Origin: an uncultured Anaerolineaceae bacterium
GTDB taxonomy: Bacteria; Chloroflexota; Anaerolineae; Anaerolineales; DRMV01
Length of the DNA stretch: 64,000 bases
Reading direction: 5' to 3'
Assembly (NCBI GenBank): GCA_964446575.1
Contig: CAYUOX010000075.1
Coordinates: forward strand, 23,580-87,579
A model generated the notes under the pieces. That model made no database searches, was not told the DNA's origin, and worked only from the letters and a program-made list of their open reading frames with translations. Positions 39,117 to 49,113 of the stretch are shown here, in pieces (the stretch's first letter is position 1; each line of letters starts with the position of its first letter). The position numbers were made by a program, and so were the translations under genes.

Positions 39117-40652
39117 ATGTTCTGGGCTCTGTGGCATGCTTTGACCGACTTTCTCTATCGCCCCGCGCCCTACTTGCTCGTCCAGGCGTGGTTGCTGTTG
39201 GTCGCGCTGTGGTGGGCATACCATGCGCGACGGCTGGCCGCGCGTGTGCGCTTCTGGTTTGTGCCGGCCGGGGGCCTGAGCGTGGCCCTGGTCGCGGGCT
39301 TGTTGGCCGCGGCCGCGGTCTTCAACCAACACGGTCGCTACACGCCCTGGTGGCTGTTGCGCGCGCCGCAGGTCATCGCGGCCTACTTTCTCATCTGGGC
39401 CTGGAGCGCGCCCTTGGACGGGCGCAAGGAGTTGGAATGGTATCGCGGCCTGTTGGCCCTGATCGGCTTGGTCGGCCTGCCCGGCTCGTTTGTGCTGCAC
39501 GCCCTGGGCCCCGGGCGCTGGCCCGCGCTGGAACTGGGCTGGTTGGGCCTGGGCGTGATGGTAGGGGCCGGCGCGTTCATCGGCACCCTGTTGGTGCGCC
39601 CCGACAACGCGGCTTGGCTGATCGTCACGGCCGCGCTGCTCACATTGGGCTTCGCGGCCGATCTGACCGCGGGGGGCGAATGGCGGGGCGCGGCCCGGCT
39701 GGCCGAACTGGCCGTCTATCCCCTGCTGCTGTGGTGGCCCGAGGTGCACTCCGCCTGGCGCTTGGCGCGCGCGCGCTGGCAAGAGCGGGTGCACGCGCTG
39801 GAAAAACGCCTGCAAGCCGCGCGCGCCCGCATCGAAGAACTGGAGGCCGAAGCCAACACCTTGCGCGCCAGCACCTTGCCCGTAAGCCGCGGGGTCAGCC
39901 AAGACTGGTGTGAACGCGGGGGCTACCCCTTCTGGCAAGCCTTCGCGGACACCCTGCGCACCCTGCAGCACACCTTGCACAGCCTCTCCAGCGCGACGGT
40001 TTGGCGCGCGTTGCCGCCCTCGCAGCGCGACGCCCTGCTGCGCTTGGACGCGGTGGCCCGGTTCCATCAGCGCGCGTTGGAAGTCGCGGCCCAGCGCGAG
40101 CCGACCTCCAGCGCCTGGATGCCGTGGGCCCACATCTGGAACCGTGTGCTGCAAGACATGGGCACATTCGCGCAGAGCAAAGATCAAGTGCTGGTGCTGG
40201 CCCTGCCCGACGAAATCTTCACCTGGAGCGCACCTGAAGAGGCCGCGTACAACGCCTTGTATTTTGTGCTGGCTCGCGCGTTGTGGGTCTCGCCCTCGCG
40301 CAGCGAGGTGCTGGTGCACGGCCAGGTCGTGAACATGGAACCCGGCGGGCTGGGCGTGATGTTGGAAATCTCCGATCGCGGCCCGACATTGAGCGAAGAG
40401 GACCAAGTGCGCATCTTCTTCGCCACCGAAGAGAGCGCCACCTTGGAAGAACGGGCCGAGGCCATGGGGGCAGACCTGGGCTTGCGCTTGGCGCGACGCC
40501 AATTGCTGGCCGTCCAGGGCAGCCTGTGGGTGACCTCGTCGCGCTCGGGCGAAGGCTCCACCATCGCGGTCTTGGTGCCCACCCGCCGCACCGACGCGGA
40601 CGAAAACGCCCCCGCCTCGCGGGATGCCACCCATGTCGCCCTTCAAGCGTAA
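39117..40652 (+). CDS. Membrane protein with coiled coil and degenerate histidine-kinase-like (DHp/HATPase) C-terminus
   Basis: About 8 TM helices and a coiled coil. ISDRGPTLS resembles the G1 box and DLGLRLAR the G2 box, but there is no conserved H-box His or N-box Asn. Confidence 0.7.
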   Translation: MFWALWHALTDFLYRPAPYLLVQAWLLLVALWWAYHARRLAARVRFWFVPAGGLSVALVAGLLAAAAVFNQHGRYTPWWLLRAPQVIAAYFLIWAWSAPLDGRKELEWYRGLLALIGLVGLPGSFVLHALGPGRWPALELGWLGLGVMVGAGAFIGTLLVRPDNAAWLIVTAALLTLGFAADLTAGGEWRGAARLAELAVYPLLLWWPEVHSAWRLARARWQERVHALEKRLQAARARIEELEAEANTLRASTLPVSRGVSQDWCERGGYPFWQAFADTLRTLQHTLHSLSSATVWRALPPSQRDALLRLDAVARFHQRALEVAAQREPTSSAWMPWAHIWNRVLQDMGTFAQSKDQVLVLALPDEIFTWSAPEEAAYNALYFVLARALWVSPSRSEVLVHGQVVNMEPGGLGVMLEISDRGPTLSEEDQVRIFFATEESATLEERAEAMGADLGLRLARRQLLAVQGSLWVTSSRSGEGSTIAVLVPTRRTDADENAPASRDATHVALQA

Positions 40653-41652
40653 TTGGCTGTGGATCTGGTTCAGCCTGTGGTGGTTGGGCGGTTGCCTGAA
40701 CGCCGCCACCGCGCACGGGCATCCCCCTGGGCCCCTGCCCCGCTACGAGGCCCCCCACCCCACCATGGCCGCGGGCACCCCAACGCCCACCCCCTTTCAA
40801 CCGTTGCGCCCCACCGGTACCTGGGAGCCTACCCCCACCTTCACCCCCACCCCCTCCCCAACGCCCACGCCAACACCCTTGCCGTCCATCGCCGAACTCT
40901 ATCGCGGGCGCATCAACGTGTTGCTGTTGGGCTCCGACCAACGCCCCTGGGAGTGGGGCTTCCGCACCGACACCATCCTGTTGGTTTCCTACAACCCAGC
41001 CACCGGCGCGACCAGCCTGATCTCCTTCCCGCGGGATCTGTATGTGGACATCCCCGGCGTCGGGCCCAACCGCATCAACACCGCCATGTTCTACGGCGGC
41101 TTTGACACCCTGGCCGCGACGTTGGAACAGCACTTTGGCCTGCGTCCGCAATATTACATTTTGGTCAAGCGCGGTCAATTCAAGGCCATCCTGGAAACCC
41201 TGGGCGACCTGGAAGTCCAAGTCGCCCGGCCTTACTGCGACTGGTACACCGACGGCCGTTGGTTGTGCGTCGGCCCGGGGCGGGTCACCATGAACCCCGA
41301 TGTGGCCCTGTGGTACGCGCGCGCCCGCAAGAACTCCAACGACTTGGATCGCAACCGCCGCCAACAAGAGGTGGTCACGGCGATCATCGAGCGCCTCTTC
41401 AGTCTGGACGGCCTGCGTCGTGCGCCCGAGATGTACGCGCGGCTGCGCGGGTTGGTCACCGAGACCAACATCGGCTTGGACACCCTTTTGCGTTGGCTGC
41501 CCGCGCTGAGCAAAGCCGACCCCAACCGCGTGTATCACTATCCGATGACCCAGGTGCATGTGCGGCCCTGGGTTACGCCCGGCGGCGGCCAAGTGCTTTT
41601 GCCCAACTACGACGCGATCGAGGCCCTGCTGCGCGCGGCCGCGCAGCATTGA
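40633..41652 (+). CDS. LCP family protein
   Basis: VLLLGSDQR, RTDTILLVS, SFPRDLYV, RINTA and YARAR..SNDLDRNRRQQ motifs. Confidence 0.92.
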   Translation: MSPFKRNWLWIWFSLWWLGGCLNAATAHGHPPGPLPRYEAPHPTMAAGTPTPTPFQPLRPTGTWEPTPTFTPTPSPTPTPTPLPSIAELYRGRINVLLLGSDQRPWEWGFRTDTILLVSYNPATGATSLISFPRDLYVDIPGVGPNRINTAMFYGGFDTLAATLEQHFGLRPQYYILVKRGQFKAILETLGDLEVQVARPYCDWYTDGRWLCVGPGRVTMNPDVALWYARARKNSNDLDRNRRQQEVVTAIIERLFSLDGLRRAPEMYARLRGLVTETNIGLDTLLRWLPALSKADPNRVYHYPMTQVHVRPWVTPGGGQVLLPNYDAIEALLRAAAQH

Positions 41653-41688
41653 CCCGCGCGCGGGCCAGACCCACGCCAAAAACGCGGG

Positions 41689-42042
41689 TTACTGAATGTG
41701 CAGCACCACCCGCGCGTCGGCCCAAAGCCCTTCCAAATCATAATAGGAACGCACATCGGGCGCGAACGCGTGCAGAATCACATCCCCAAAGTCCACCAAA
41801 ACCCAGCCTGAGCGGGCCGTGCCCTCAACGCGCCCAACAACCCCCCATTGCTGCTTGGCGCGCTCGTGCGCGGCTTCGACCAGGGTCTCTAACATGCGAT
41901 CGCTCAACCCCGAGACCAAAACGAAATAATCAGCGATGGGCGAAAGTTGCGAGATGTCCAAGACCAGGATGTCCTCTCCTTTCTTCTCCTCCAAGGCTTC
42001 GACGATGGTGTGCGTCAAACGCAAGGCGTCGGTTGAACTCAC
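41689..42042 (-). CDS. rsfS: Ribosome silencing factor
   Basis: EEKKGEDILVLD, ADYFVLVSG, WVLVDFGDVILH and YYDLEGLW motifs. GTG start after GGAGGTG. Confidence 0.95.
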   Translation of the reverse strand: MSSTDALRLTHTIVEALEEKKGEDILVLDISQLSPIADYFVLVSGLSDRMLETLVEAAHERAKQQWGVVGRVEGTARSGWVLVDFGDVILHAFAPDVRSYYDLEGLWADARVVLHIQ

Positions 42043-42087
42043 GGAGATCACCTCCGAACAAAGCGTTGGGAATCGCGGGGACGAATC

Positions 42088-42702
42088 TCACAAAGCCGCG
42101 CGCTCGGTGGCCAAGCGCGCGGTGAACAGTTTGGTGTAACGCGGGCCCGCGGGGGACAGGTCGCTGCGATAGAGGTGCACGGCTTCGACCCGCACGCTGC
42201 CCAGATAGCCCACAGTCTCTTGGCGCAACACCTGGCTTACCTGGCGAATGACCTGGGCTGGCGCGTTGCGCGCGACGCGCGCCAAGGTCAAGTGAGGCTG
42301 ATAAGGCCGCTGCTCGCGCGGGTACCCCAGACGGGCCATCGCGTTCTCAATGCCTTGGTGCAAGCGCATGAGCGCGTCAGGACCGCTCACGCCAACCCAC
42401 AAAACCCGCGGGTGCCGCTCATTGGGAAACGCGCCCAACGTGCCCACGCCGAACTCAAACGCGGAGTGCTGTTGCGCTTCGCCGGCCAACATTTCTTCCA
42501 GCAAGCGCAAATTGCGCGCGGAAACATCTCCCAAGAACTTCAGCGTCAAATGCATGTTCTCGGGCGCGACCCAACGCAAAGGCAAGCCAGCCAATTCTCG
42601 CTGCAAACGGGCGCTCACCTCGGCCACGGCCTCCCGCACCGCAGGGGTCAAATCCGCGGCGATGAACGCCCGCAAAACCTCACTTCGTGCAGCATGGCGC
42701 AT
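42088..42702 (-). CDS. thpR: RNA 2',3'-cyclic phosphodiesterase (2H family)
   Basis: Two HxT motifs (HLTLKFLG, PHLTLAR), RVLWVG and LYRSDLSPAGPRY. Confidence 0.93.
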   Translation of the reverse strand: MRHAARSEVLRAFIAADLTPAVREAVAEVSARLQRELAGLPLRWVAPENMHLTLKFLGDVSARNLRLLEEMLAGEAQQHSAFEFGVGTLGAFPNERHPRVLWVGVSGPDALMRLHQGIENAMARLGYPREQRPYQPHLTLARVARNAPAQVIRQVSQVLRQETVGYLGSVRVEAVHLYRSDLSPAGPRYTKLFTARLATERAAL

Positions 42703-43020
42703 CGCTTCACCTCCGTACTACTTTTTACCATAGCACAAGAGCCCCAGAATGGCAAGGTACACATCTTCCGGCCGTCGGGCGCGGGACGGGGGCGACACGC
42801 GCAGCCCATTCGACGCCGAAAGGGCCGCGCGTGCCGGAGGGTCTGCGGCGGGGCCAGGGGGCGCCCGACGCGTCGAACGCGGCCGCGGCCGCCCTCCAGC
42901 GCCCCCTGCGACGGCTCGCCCATGCCCCCTTTGCGGGCGTGCGGTTGCCCCGATCCTTCGGCCGCGCGACCGAACTGGCCCCCACCCACCGACGCTGTCG
43001 GAGCCGCGCCCCTGCCCCCC

Positions 43021-43070
43021 TTGACAGGCGGCCAGATCTTCCTTATCATAGTTGAACCATAGTTCATATG
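43021..43070 (+). promoter_or_regulatory. Sigma70 promoter with overlapping ArsR/SmtB (CzrA-type) operator
   Basis: TTGACA-17 nt-TATCAT, then inverted repeat CATA..TGAAC-CATA-GTTCA-TATG (core TGAA-N6-TTCA). Confidence 0.8.
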
Positions 43071-43097
43071 TTTGTCCGCGAGACGGAGGAAGGTGCG

Positions 43098-43406
43098 ATG
43101 ACCACCCTCAAACCCGAGTTGGACCTCGCGACCGCGCAGGACTTGGCCGAACTGTTCCGAGCCCTGGCCGACCCCACCCGCTTGCGCATCATCGCCGAAT
43201 TGCTGGCCGCTGGCGAAGCCACCGTGGGGCAATTGGCCGAGCGCGTGGGCATCAGCGAATCCGCGGCCTCGCACCAATTGCGCGGGCTGCGCCAGATGCG
43301 CCTGGTACGCGCCCGCCGCGCCGGCCGTCATGTGTGGTACGCCCTGGACGACGACCATGTGGCCGCCTTGTTCCGCATGGGCTTGGACCATGTCTTGCAC
43401 GGCTGA
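43098..43406 (+). CDS. ArsR/SmtB family metal-sensing repressor with alpha5 site
   Basis: LFRALADPTRLRII and SAASHQLRGLR motifs; C-terminal DxH-x10-H-x2-H alpha5 ligand set. Confidence 0.92.
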   Translation: MTTLKPELDLATAQDLAELFRALADPTRLRIIAELLAAGEATVGQLAERVGISESAASHQLRGLRQMRLVRARRAGRHVWYALDDDHVAALFRMGLDHVLHG

Positions 43407-43474
43407 GTTGCGCGCGTCGCGCCCTCGACCTCGCGCCCTCACGGCGCCATTTCGCCACCAGGAGTGTGTGCATC

Positions 43475-45610
43475 ATGCCCGAACCGCGTGTCATCGAACT
43501 TCGCGTCGCCAATCTGGACTGTGAACACGACGCCGCGGCCTTGCGCCGCGGGTTGGCCCCCCTCCCCGGTCTGGACGAGGTCAAGGTGTATCCGCGCAGT
43601 GGCAAAGTGCGGCTCACTTACGATGCCGCGCGCTTGCGCGAGGAAGACCTGAAGGCGCACCTGGTCCGCTTGGGCTTTCCGCCCCACGAGCAGGCCGGAG
43701 CCGTCGAACTGCCACCCCTGTGGCGCAACCCCAAAGTGTTGACCTCCGCGGCCGCGGGCGTGCTGTGGGCCTTAGGAATGCTCACGGCCGCGCTGGGCGC
43801 GCCGTCCGCGGTGGGCTTGGGCTTGCACTTGGCCGCCATCGTCATCGGCGGTTACTATTTTGGCCGCGAAGCCTGGCAGATGCTCTGGTACGAACGCCAA
43901 GTGGGCATCGAACTGCTCATGGGCGTGGCCGCGGTGGTGGCGGTCTTTTTGGGACAAGCCTCCGAGGGGGCCATGCTGGTGTTCCTTTACAGCATCTCCG
44001 AAGCCCTGGAAGGCTACACCGAAGCCAAAACCCGCGCGGCCGTACGCGCGCTGATGAAACTGGCCCCCAAGACGGCTTTGGTGCGGCGCCAAGGCCGCGA
44101 AGTTGAGATCCCCGCGGAACAGGTGCGGGAGGGCGATGTTTTCGTGGTCAAGCCCGGTCAGGCCGTCCCCACCGACGGCATCGTCCTTGAGGGACGCTCC
44201 AGCGTCGACCAATCGCCCATCACCGGCGAGTCGGTACCCGTCGACAAGGGCCCTGGGGATCGGGTGTTTGCGGCCAGCATCAACCAGCAAGGGCTGCTGG
44301 TCGTGCGGGCCACCAAGCCCTACGCGGAGAACACCTTGCAGCGCATCATCCACATGGTGGAAGAGGCCCAAGAGCGCAAAGGCCGCCAACAGCGTTGGAT
44401 CGAAGCCTTTGGCCGGCGCTACAGCCCTGCGGTGCTGCTGGCGGCGATGCTGATGGCGGTAGGGCCGCCCATGCTCGGGCTCGGGCCCTGGGCACTGTGG
44501 CTCGAGCGGGCCACAGTGTTCGTTGTCGCGGCCGCGCCGTGTGCGTTGGTCATGTCGGTGCCCATCACCATGGTGGCGACCTTGGGCACCGCGGCCCGTC
44601 AAGGCGTGCTTATCAAAGGCGGCGTCTTTGTCGAAGAACTGGCCCGCACGCGGGCCATGGCCTTTGACAAGACGGGGACCCTGACGTTGGGGCAGCCGCA
44701 AGTCACCGACGTGCACCCTCTGGCCCCCGGCTGGGATGCGGCTCGCGTGCTGGCGTGGGCCGCGGCCGTCGAACAAGGCAGCGAGCACCCGCTGGCGCGC
44801 GCGGTGGTACTGGCCGCCCAAGCCCACGGCGTGACACCGCCCGCGGCGCGCGACTTTCAAGCCCTGCCTGGCACGGGGGTCCAAGCCACCGTGGGCGAAC
44901 TCGTGCTGGCCGTGCTGCGCCCCGAAAGGGTGCCCGAGGCGACCGCGTACCCGCACGTTGCCCAATGGCGCGCGCAGGGCAAAACCGTGGCTGTGCTGGC
45001 CCAGCGCGCAGGGCAAACCTGGCGGCCGTTGGGGCTGCTGGCCTTTCGCGACGAACCCCGTCCTCACGCTCGGCCCGCGCTCGGAGGACTGCGGCGCCTG
45101 GGCGTGCGCCCCTTGGTGATGCTCACCGGCGATCACCCTCGCACCGCGCAGGCCTTGGCCCAAGAACTGGGGCTGGATCAGGTCTACGCGGACCTGCGCC
45201 CTGAGGACAAAGTCGCGCGCGTGCGCGAACTTACCCAGCGTCATGGACATGTGGCCATGGTAGGTGACGGCCTCAACGACGCGCCCGCGCTGGCCGCGGC
45301 CTCGGTGGGCATTGCCATGGGCGCGGCCGGCACCGATGTGGCCTTAGAAACCGCGGATGTCGCCCTCATGGGCGACGATTTGACCAAACTGCCCGCGGCT
45401 CTGACCTTGGCCCGCCGCGCGCAACGCATTGTGTGGCAAAACATCGTGCTCTCGCTGGCCGTCACCGCGGGCCTGATGCTGGCCGCGATCACCGGCGCGT
45501 TGGGCTTGCCCGCGGCCGTGATCGGCCACGAAATCAGCGAGTTTGTTGTCATCGGCAACGGCTTGCGCATGTTGCGCGGCGCGCCGGCAATCATTCGGCA
45601 TCAGGGATGA
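43475..45610 (+). CDS. Heavy-metal-translocating P1B-type ATPase
   Basis: N-terminal HMA-like domain, TGES, APC in the metal-binding TM helix, DKTGT, SEHPLA, MLTGD, GDGLNDAPAL and HE in the last TM. Confidence 0.95.
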   Translation: MPEPRVIELRVANLDCEHDAAALRRGLAPLPGLDEVKVYPRSGKVRLTYDAARLREEDLKAHLVRLGFPPHEQAGAVELPPLWRNPKVLTSAAAGVLWALGMLTAALGAPSAVGLGLHLAAIVIGGYYFGREAWQMLWYERQVGIELLMGVAAVVAVFLGQASEGAMLVFLYSISEALEGYTEAKTRAAVRALMKLAPKTALVRRQGREVEIPAEQVREGDVFVVKPGQAVPTDGIVLEGRSSVDQSPITGESVPVDKGPGDRVFAASINQQGLLVVRATKPYAENTLQRIIHMVEEAQERKGRQQRWIEAFGRRYSPAVLLAAMLMAVGPPMLGLGPWALWLERATVFVVAAAPCALVMSVPITMVATLGTAARQGVLIKGGVFVEELARTRAMAFDKTGTLTLGQPQVTDVHPLAPGWDAARVLAWAAAVEQGSEHPLARAVVLAAQAHGVTPPAARDFQALPGTGVQATVGELVLAVLRPERVPEATAYPHVAQWRAQGKTVAVLAQRAGQTWRPLGLLAFRDEPRPHARPALGGLRRLGVRPLVMLTGDHPRTAQALAQELGLDQVYADLRPEDKVARVRELTQRHGHVAMVGDGLNDAPALAAASVGIAMGAAGTDVALETADVALMGDDLTKLPAALTLARRAQRIVWQNIVLSLAVTAGLMLAAITGALGLPAAVIGHEISEFVVIGNGLRMLRGAPAIIRHQG

Positions 45611-45671
45611 GAAATGCGGGTATAATAGGCCCATCCGAAGCCATCGGAATTCCGACGGGTGGGAGTGTATC

Positions 45672-46640
45672 GTGCGCATCTTCGTCACTGGCGGCGACGG
45701 CTTCATTGGACGCCATCTGCTACCCTATTTGCGGGCCAAAGGCCACCATATCACTGCGTTGGCCGGTGAGCCGTCCTCGCCCGAACAACTACGCGCCTTG
45801 GGCGCCCATGACATCGTGCCCGGTCGCCTGGAACAACCTGAACCTTGGTTGCCGGCGCTGGCCGGGCACGATGCTGTCATTCACTTGGCGGCCCCCGTGG
45901 TGGTGTGGGGCCCGTGGGACATGTTCTACACCCAAATGGTGGTGGCGACCCAACGGCTATACGAAGCCGCAGCCCGCTATCAGGTCGGGCGTTTCATCTA
46001 CGCCAGTTCCGAAACCGTGCACTGGGGCTATGACGTGCACGCGCTCCTCAACATCGACGAGAACGCCCCCTTTGCCCAACGGCCTTATTCTCACTACAGC
46101 CGCGCCAAGCAGATGGTCGAACGCTATTTGCGCGCCACATCTGCCGCCACCGAGGCCATTATTTTGCGCTTTCCCTTCGTGTGGGGCGAAGGCACCAAGT
46201 TCTTGCACGCGCTGCAAGAGCAACTGCGCCAAGGGCGCTTCGTTTGGGTCGGCGACCCCGACATGCCCATCGAGGCCTTGCAAGTCGACAACGCGGTCAC
46301 CGCGCTCGCCCTGGCTTTAGATCGAGGGCGTCCGGGCAGGGCGTATTTCATCACCGATGAGCATCCGCACACGCTGGGCTCTTTTCTGGGCACCACCATC
46401 CAGGCCCTGGGATACCCCATCCCCACCCGGCGCCTGCCCGTATGGCTGGTGTCCGCGATGGTCACCCTGAGCGAGGCGCTCTGGCGAGCCCTGCGCCTGC
46501 GCGGCACGCCCTTCCCCATGACCCGCTTCGAACTGGCCTTCTTCACCCTGCCCCGGCGCTACCGCACCCAGCGCGCTCGCGAGGAACTGGGCTACCGGCC
46601 GGTTGTGGACTGGAAGACGGGCATGACGTGGTACGTATGA
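45672..46640 (+). CDS. NAD-dependent epimerase/dehydratase (extended SDR, 3-beta-HSD-like)
   Basis: TGGDGFIG Rossmann motif and YSRAK catalytic YxxxK. Confidence 0.88.
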   Translation: MRIFVTGGDGFIGRHLLPYLRAKGHHITALAGEPSSPEQLRALGAHDIVPGRLEQPEPWLPALAGHDAVIHLAAPVVVWGPWDMFYTQMVVATQRLYEAAARYQVGRFIYASSETVHWGYDVHALLNIDENAPFAQRPYSHYSRAKQMVERYLRATSAATEAIILRFPFVWGEGTKFLHALQEQLRQGRFVWVGDPDMPIEALQVDNAVTALALALDRGRPGRAYFITDEHPHTLGSFLGTTIQALGYPIPTRRLPVWLVSAMVTLSEALWRALRLRGTPFPMTRFELAFFTLPRRYRTQRAREELGYRPVVDWKTGMTWYV

Positions 46641-46643
46641 GCC

Positions 46644-46994
46644 TTATGGGCGTACGACGGCCCGCAGCAAAAAGCCTAAGCCCGCGCCCACCAGCAGGCC
46701 AGCGAAGGGGGACCACGCGCCCCCTGCCGTCAGGCCGATATTGTCGGCCAGCAACACCGCACCCAAGCCCAGCACAGCCAGGCCGAAGACGAGGCCATGC
46801 CCCCGTCGCTGTGGAGGCCCCAGCAAGCCATGGTAGGCACGATGCGCGCCCCAAGCGATCAGAATCAACGGCCAAAGGCGCGACAACCAGGCCATGAAAT
46901 CGCCCACTTGGGCAAATGCCGGGACCCCCAGCAGACTGAGGCCCCAGGCCAATAAAAACAATCCCACGATCATCGACCCGATACGGCGAATCAT
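46644..46994 (-). CDS. Small membrane protein (LiaF/DUF5668-like TM region)
   Basis: Four hydrophobic helices and LWPLILIAWG. ATG at 46994; the upstream part of the track ORF is a shadow. Confidence 0.55.
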   Translation of the reverse strand: MIRRIGSMIVGLFLLAWGLSLLGVPAFAQVGDFMAWLSRLWPLILIAWGAHRAYHGLLGPPQRRGHGLVFGLAVLGLGAVLLADNIGLTAGGAWSPFAGLLVGAGLGFLLRAVVRP

Positions 46995-46998
46995 GGCA

Positions 46999-49113
46999 TC
47001 AGCCTCCTTGAGTAAGCGCTGCGCTTCGGCCATGGTCGCGGCGCAGCGAAAGCCAACACTGGTCGACCCCGACCATGGCCAACCCCAACCCGGCCAAGGC
47101 CCAACCCAAGGCCAAGTCCCACGGCCACAAGCGCCACTCCACCCGGTGGGCGCCGGCGGGCACATCGACCGCGCGCCACGGTCCACGGGGCACGGCCGCC
47201 ACCCGAAGGCCGTCCACCCGCACCTGCCAGGTGGGGTAAGCCCCTTCGCTGAGCACCACCCGGCCCGGCCCCTGCACCACCAGCACCACCCGATGCGGCG
47301 ACCAATGCACCACGGACGCGGGCCGCGCGGCCGAGCATCCGGGTCGCGCGGGGTCTTCAACCCAGGCTGGGGGGCAACGATGCGCGTTCTCATACACCCA
47401 TAGCCCGGCCCACGACCAGCGCAGCACCCACCCCCGCGCGTCTTGGGGGAACGCCGCAACCGCGTAGCGCACGCGCGCTTCGGCCAGCCGCTCGGCCGAG
47501 GGACGATGGGCCTTGTTGGCCGTGTCGGGGTCGCCGTTGGCCAAAGGCGGCAATACGACGCTGTAGCCGACCATAGGCACGCGGCTGGCGCGCTGCAGCC
47601 AAGAGGCCCAAGCCGCGGTATACAGGGGATCGACGCCATAGGCCAGGGGCACCCCCAGCCGCGCCGCGGTCCACTGGCCGATGCTGTAGGAAGGCGAATA
47701 CACGCGCGGCCCGATCCAGCGTCGTCCCCACGGATGGGGCGCGGTGCCCGCGGCCCGCAGGACGCGCTGGGCCACGCGCACATCCGTGGCCTCAATGGAG
47801 GCCAGGTCACGCGCGCTCGCGTAGGGTCCCAAAGTGGCCAAGCCCGCCAGCAAGGCCAAGGCCCACGGCGCCCACCCGGTCACGCGTCCTCGGCCAGGGC
47901 GCAGGCGCCACCACGCGAGGGCATCGGCCGCGCTGGCGAAGGCATAGGCCCAAGGCACGATGTGCGCGCTGAAAAGCAGCGGCCACCCCAACCCGCGCAG
48001 GAGCAAGCCACCCACGCCCCAGAACCACCATCCCCGGCGATAGCCGTGCGTCGTGGGTGGGGCCTCGCCTCGAGCCGCGACGAGACCGGCCGCGATGAGC
48101 CCCGCGAACGCGGTGAGCCACCAGAAACGCGCCGGCACCCGCAGCCAAGTGAGCCCCGGAAGCCGCCACAGCAGGGCTAACGGCCCATAGCGCCCCAAGG
48201 CCAGCATGACGCCCAGGCCGGCCAGGGCCAACCAGCCGCGGACGGTACGATCTCGCCAGCCGCTCAGGGCCAGCAACGCAATGCTCCAAGGCACATAGGC
48301 TCGGAATTCCACGCCCAGGTTGGGCGGATAAGGCAGCGGGGCCCATAGATCCAAGGCCAAGTACCAGGGGGTGGAAAAGAGGGTACGGTCGGCAAAGGTC
48401 ATGCGCCCGCGGGCACTGTGCATGGTGAACACGAGCAGCGGCAACCAGAGCGGTGCCGCGCCTAAGCCCGCCAACACGGCCCAACGCGCCAGATCCTGCC
48501 AGGCGCGACGCCCGGCCTTTTGCCACGCGGCCACGGCCAGCAGCGGCGCAGCCAGAACCGCGGCGCGGGGGTCGGCCAGCACGATCAAAGCCAATGCGCC
48601 GGCCGGCATCCATCGCGGGCGCGCATCCACGCCCCACAACATCCACGGGAACCATGCCAGCGCGTAGACCAAGGTGACATGGCCACCCAAGAAATAGGCC
48701 AAGGTCCGAGGTAACAACCCGGCCACCAGCCCGAACCACGGCCACGCGCGGAGCCCTTTCCCCCGCGCCCAACACCCCCAGCCCAAAACCCCCCAGGCCA
48801 AATGAAGCAGCAAGGTCAAGTTGAGCCCCCAGGGGACGGGCAGCAAATAGGCCAACCAACCGGGTGGGTAAGCCGGGCTGGCCAAGGGGTTGGCGTAAAG
48901 GGGGTAACCGGCGTTGTACACGGGCGACCACAGGGGCACCGTGTGCCAAGCCTCCCAGGCTCGGCGCACGAACGCGATTTGGGGCGCGTGAGCCACGATG
49001 TAATCGGAAAACGCGGCCCCGCGCAGCCACGGCACGCGTGCGCCCAAGGCCCCGGTGAGGACCAGCGCAGCCGCGAACAGGGCTCCGCCAAAGGCGCGGC
49101 ACGGTCGTCTCAC
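46999..49113 (-). CDS. YfhO-like membrane glycosyltransferase (GT-C)
   Basis: PLWSPVYNAGYPLYANP, multiple TM helices, a C-terminal soluble domain ending W.V.VDG...AVDVPAGAHRVEWR and a final TM. GTG start overlaps the upstream stop. Confidence 0.75.
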   Translation of the reverse strand: MRRPCRAFGGALFAAALVLTGALGARVPWLRGAAFSDYIVAHAPQIAFVRRAWEAWHTVPLWSPVYNAGYPLYANPLASPAYPPGWLAYLLPVPWGLNLTLLLHLAWGVLGWGCWARGKGLRAWPWFGLVAGLLPRTLAYFLGGHVTLVYALAWFPWMLWGVDARPRWMPAGALALIVLADPRAAVLAAPLLAVAAWQKAGRRAWQDLARWAVLAGLGAAPLWLPLLVFTMHSARGRMTFADRTLFSTPWYLALDLWAPLPYPPNLGVEFRAYVPWSIALLALSGWRDRTVRGWLALAGLGVMLALGRYGPLALLWRLPGLTWLRVPARFWWLTAFAGLIAAGLVAARGEAPPTTHGYRRGWWFWGVGGLLLRGLGWPLLFSAHIVPWAYAFASAADALAWWRLRPGRGRVTGWAPWALALLAGLATLGPYASARDLASIEATDVRVAQRVLRAAGTAPHPWGRRWIGPRVYSPSYSIGQWTAARLGVPLAYGVDPLYTAAWASWLQRASRVPMVGYSVVLPPLANGDPDTANKAHRPSAERLAEARVRYAVAAFPQDARGWVLRWSWAGLWVYENAHRCPPAWVEDPARPGCSAARPASVVHWSPHRVVLVVQGPGRVVLSEGAYPTWQVRVDGLRVAAVPRGPWRAVDVPAGAHRVEWRLWPWDLALGWALAGLGLAMVGVDQCWLSLRRDHGRSAALTQGG

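Noticed and set aside
42703-43020. GC-rich gap upstream of thpR as a possible gene or riboswitch
   Set aside because: The ORFs are shadow-like and no riboswitch motif was recognised. The region is explained as the spacer between divergent promoters (TGCTATGGT on minus, TTGACA/TATCAT on plus).
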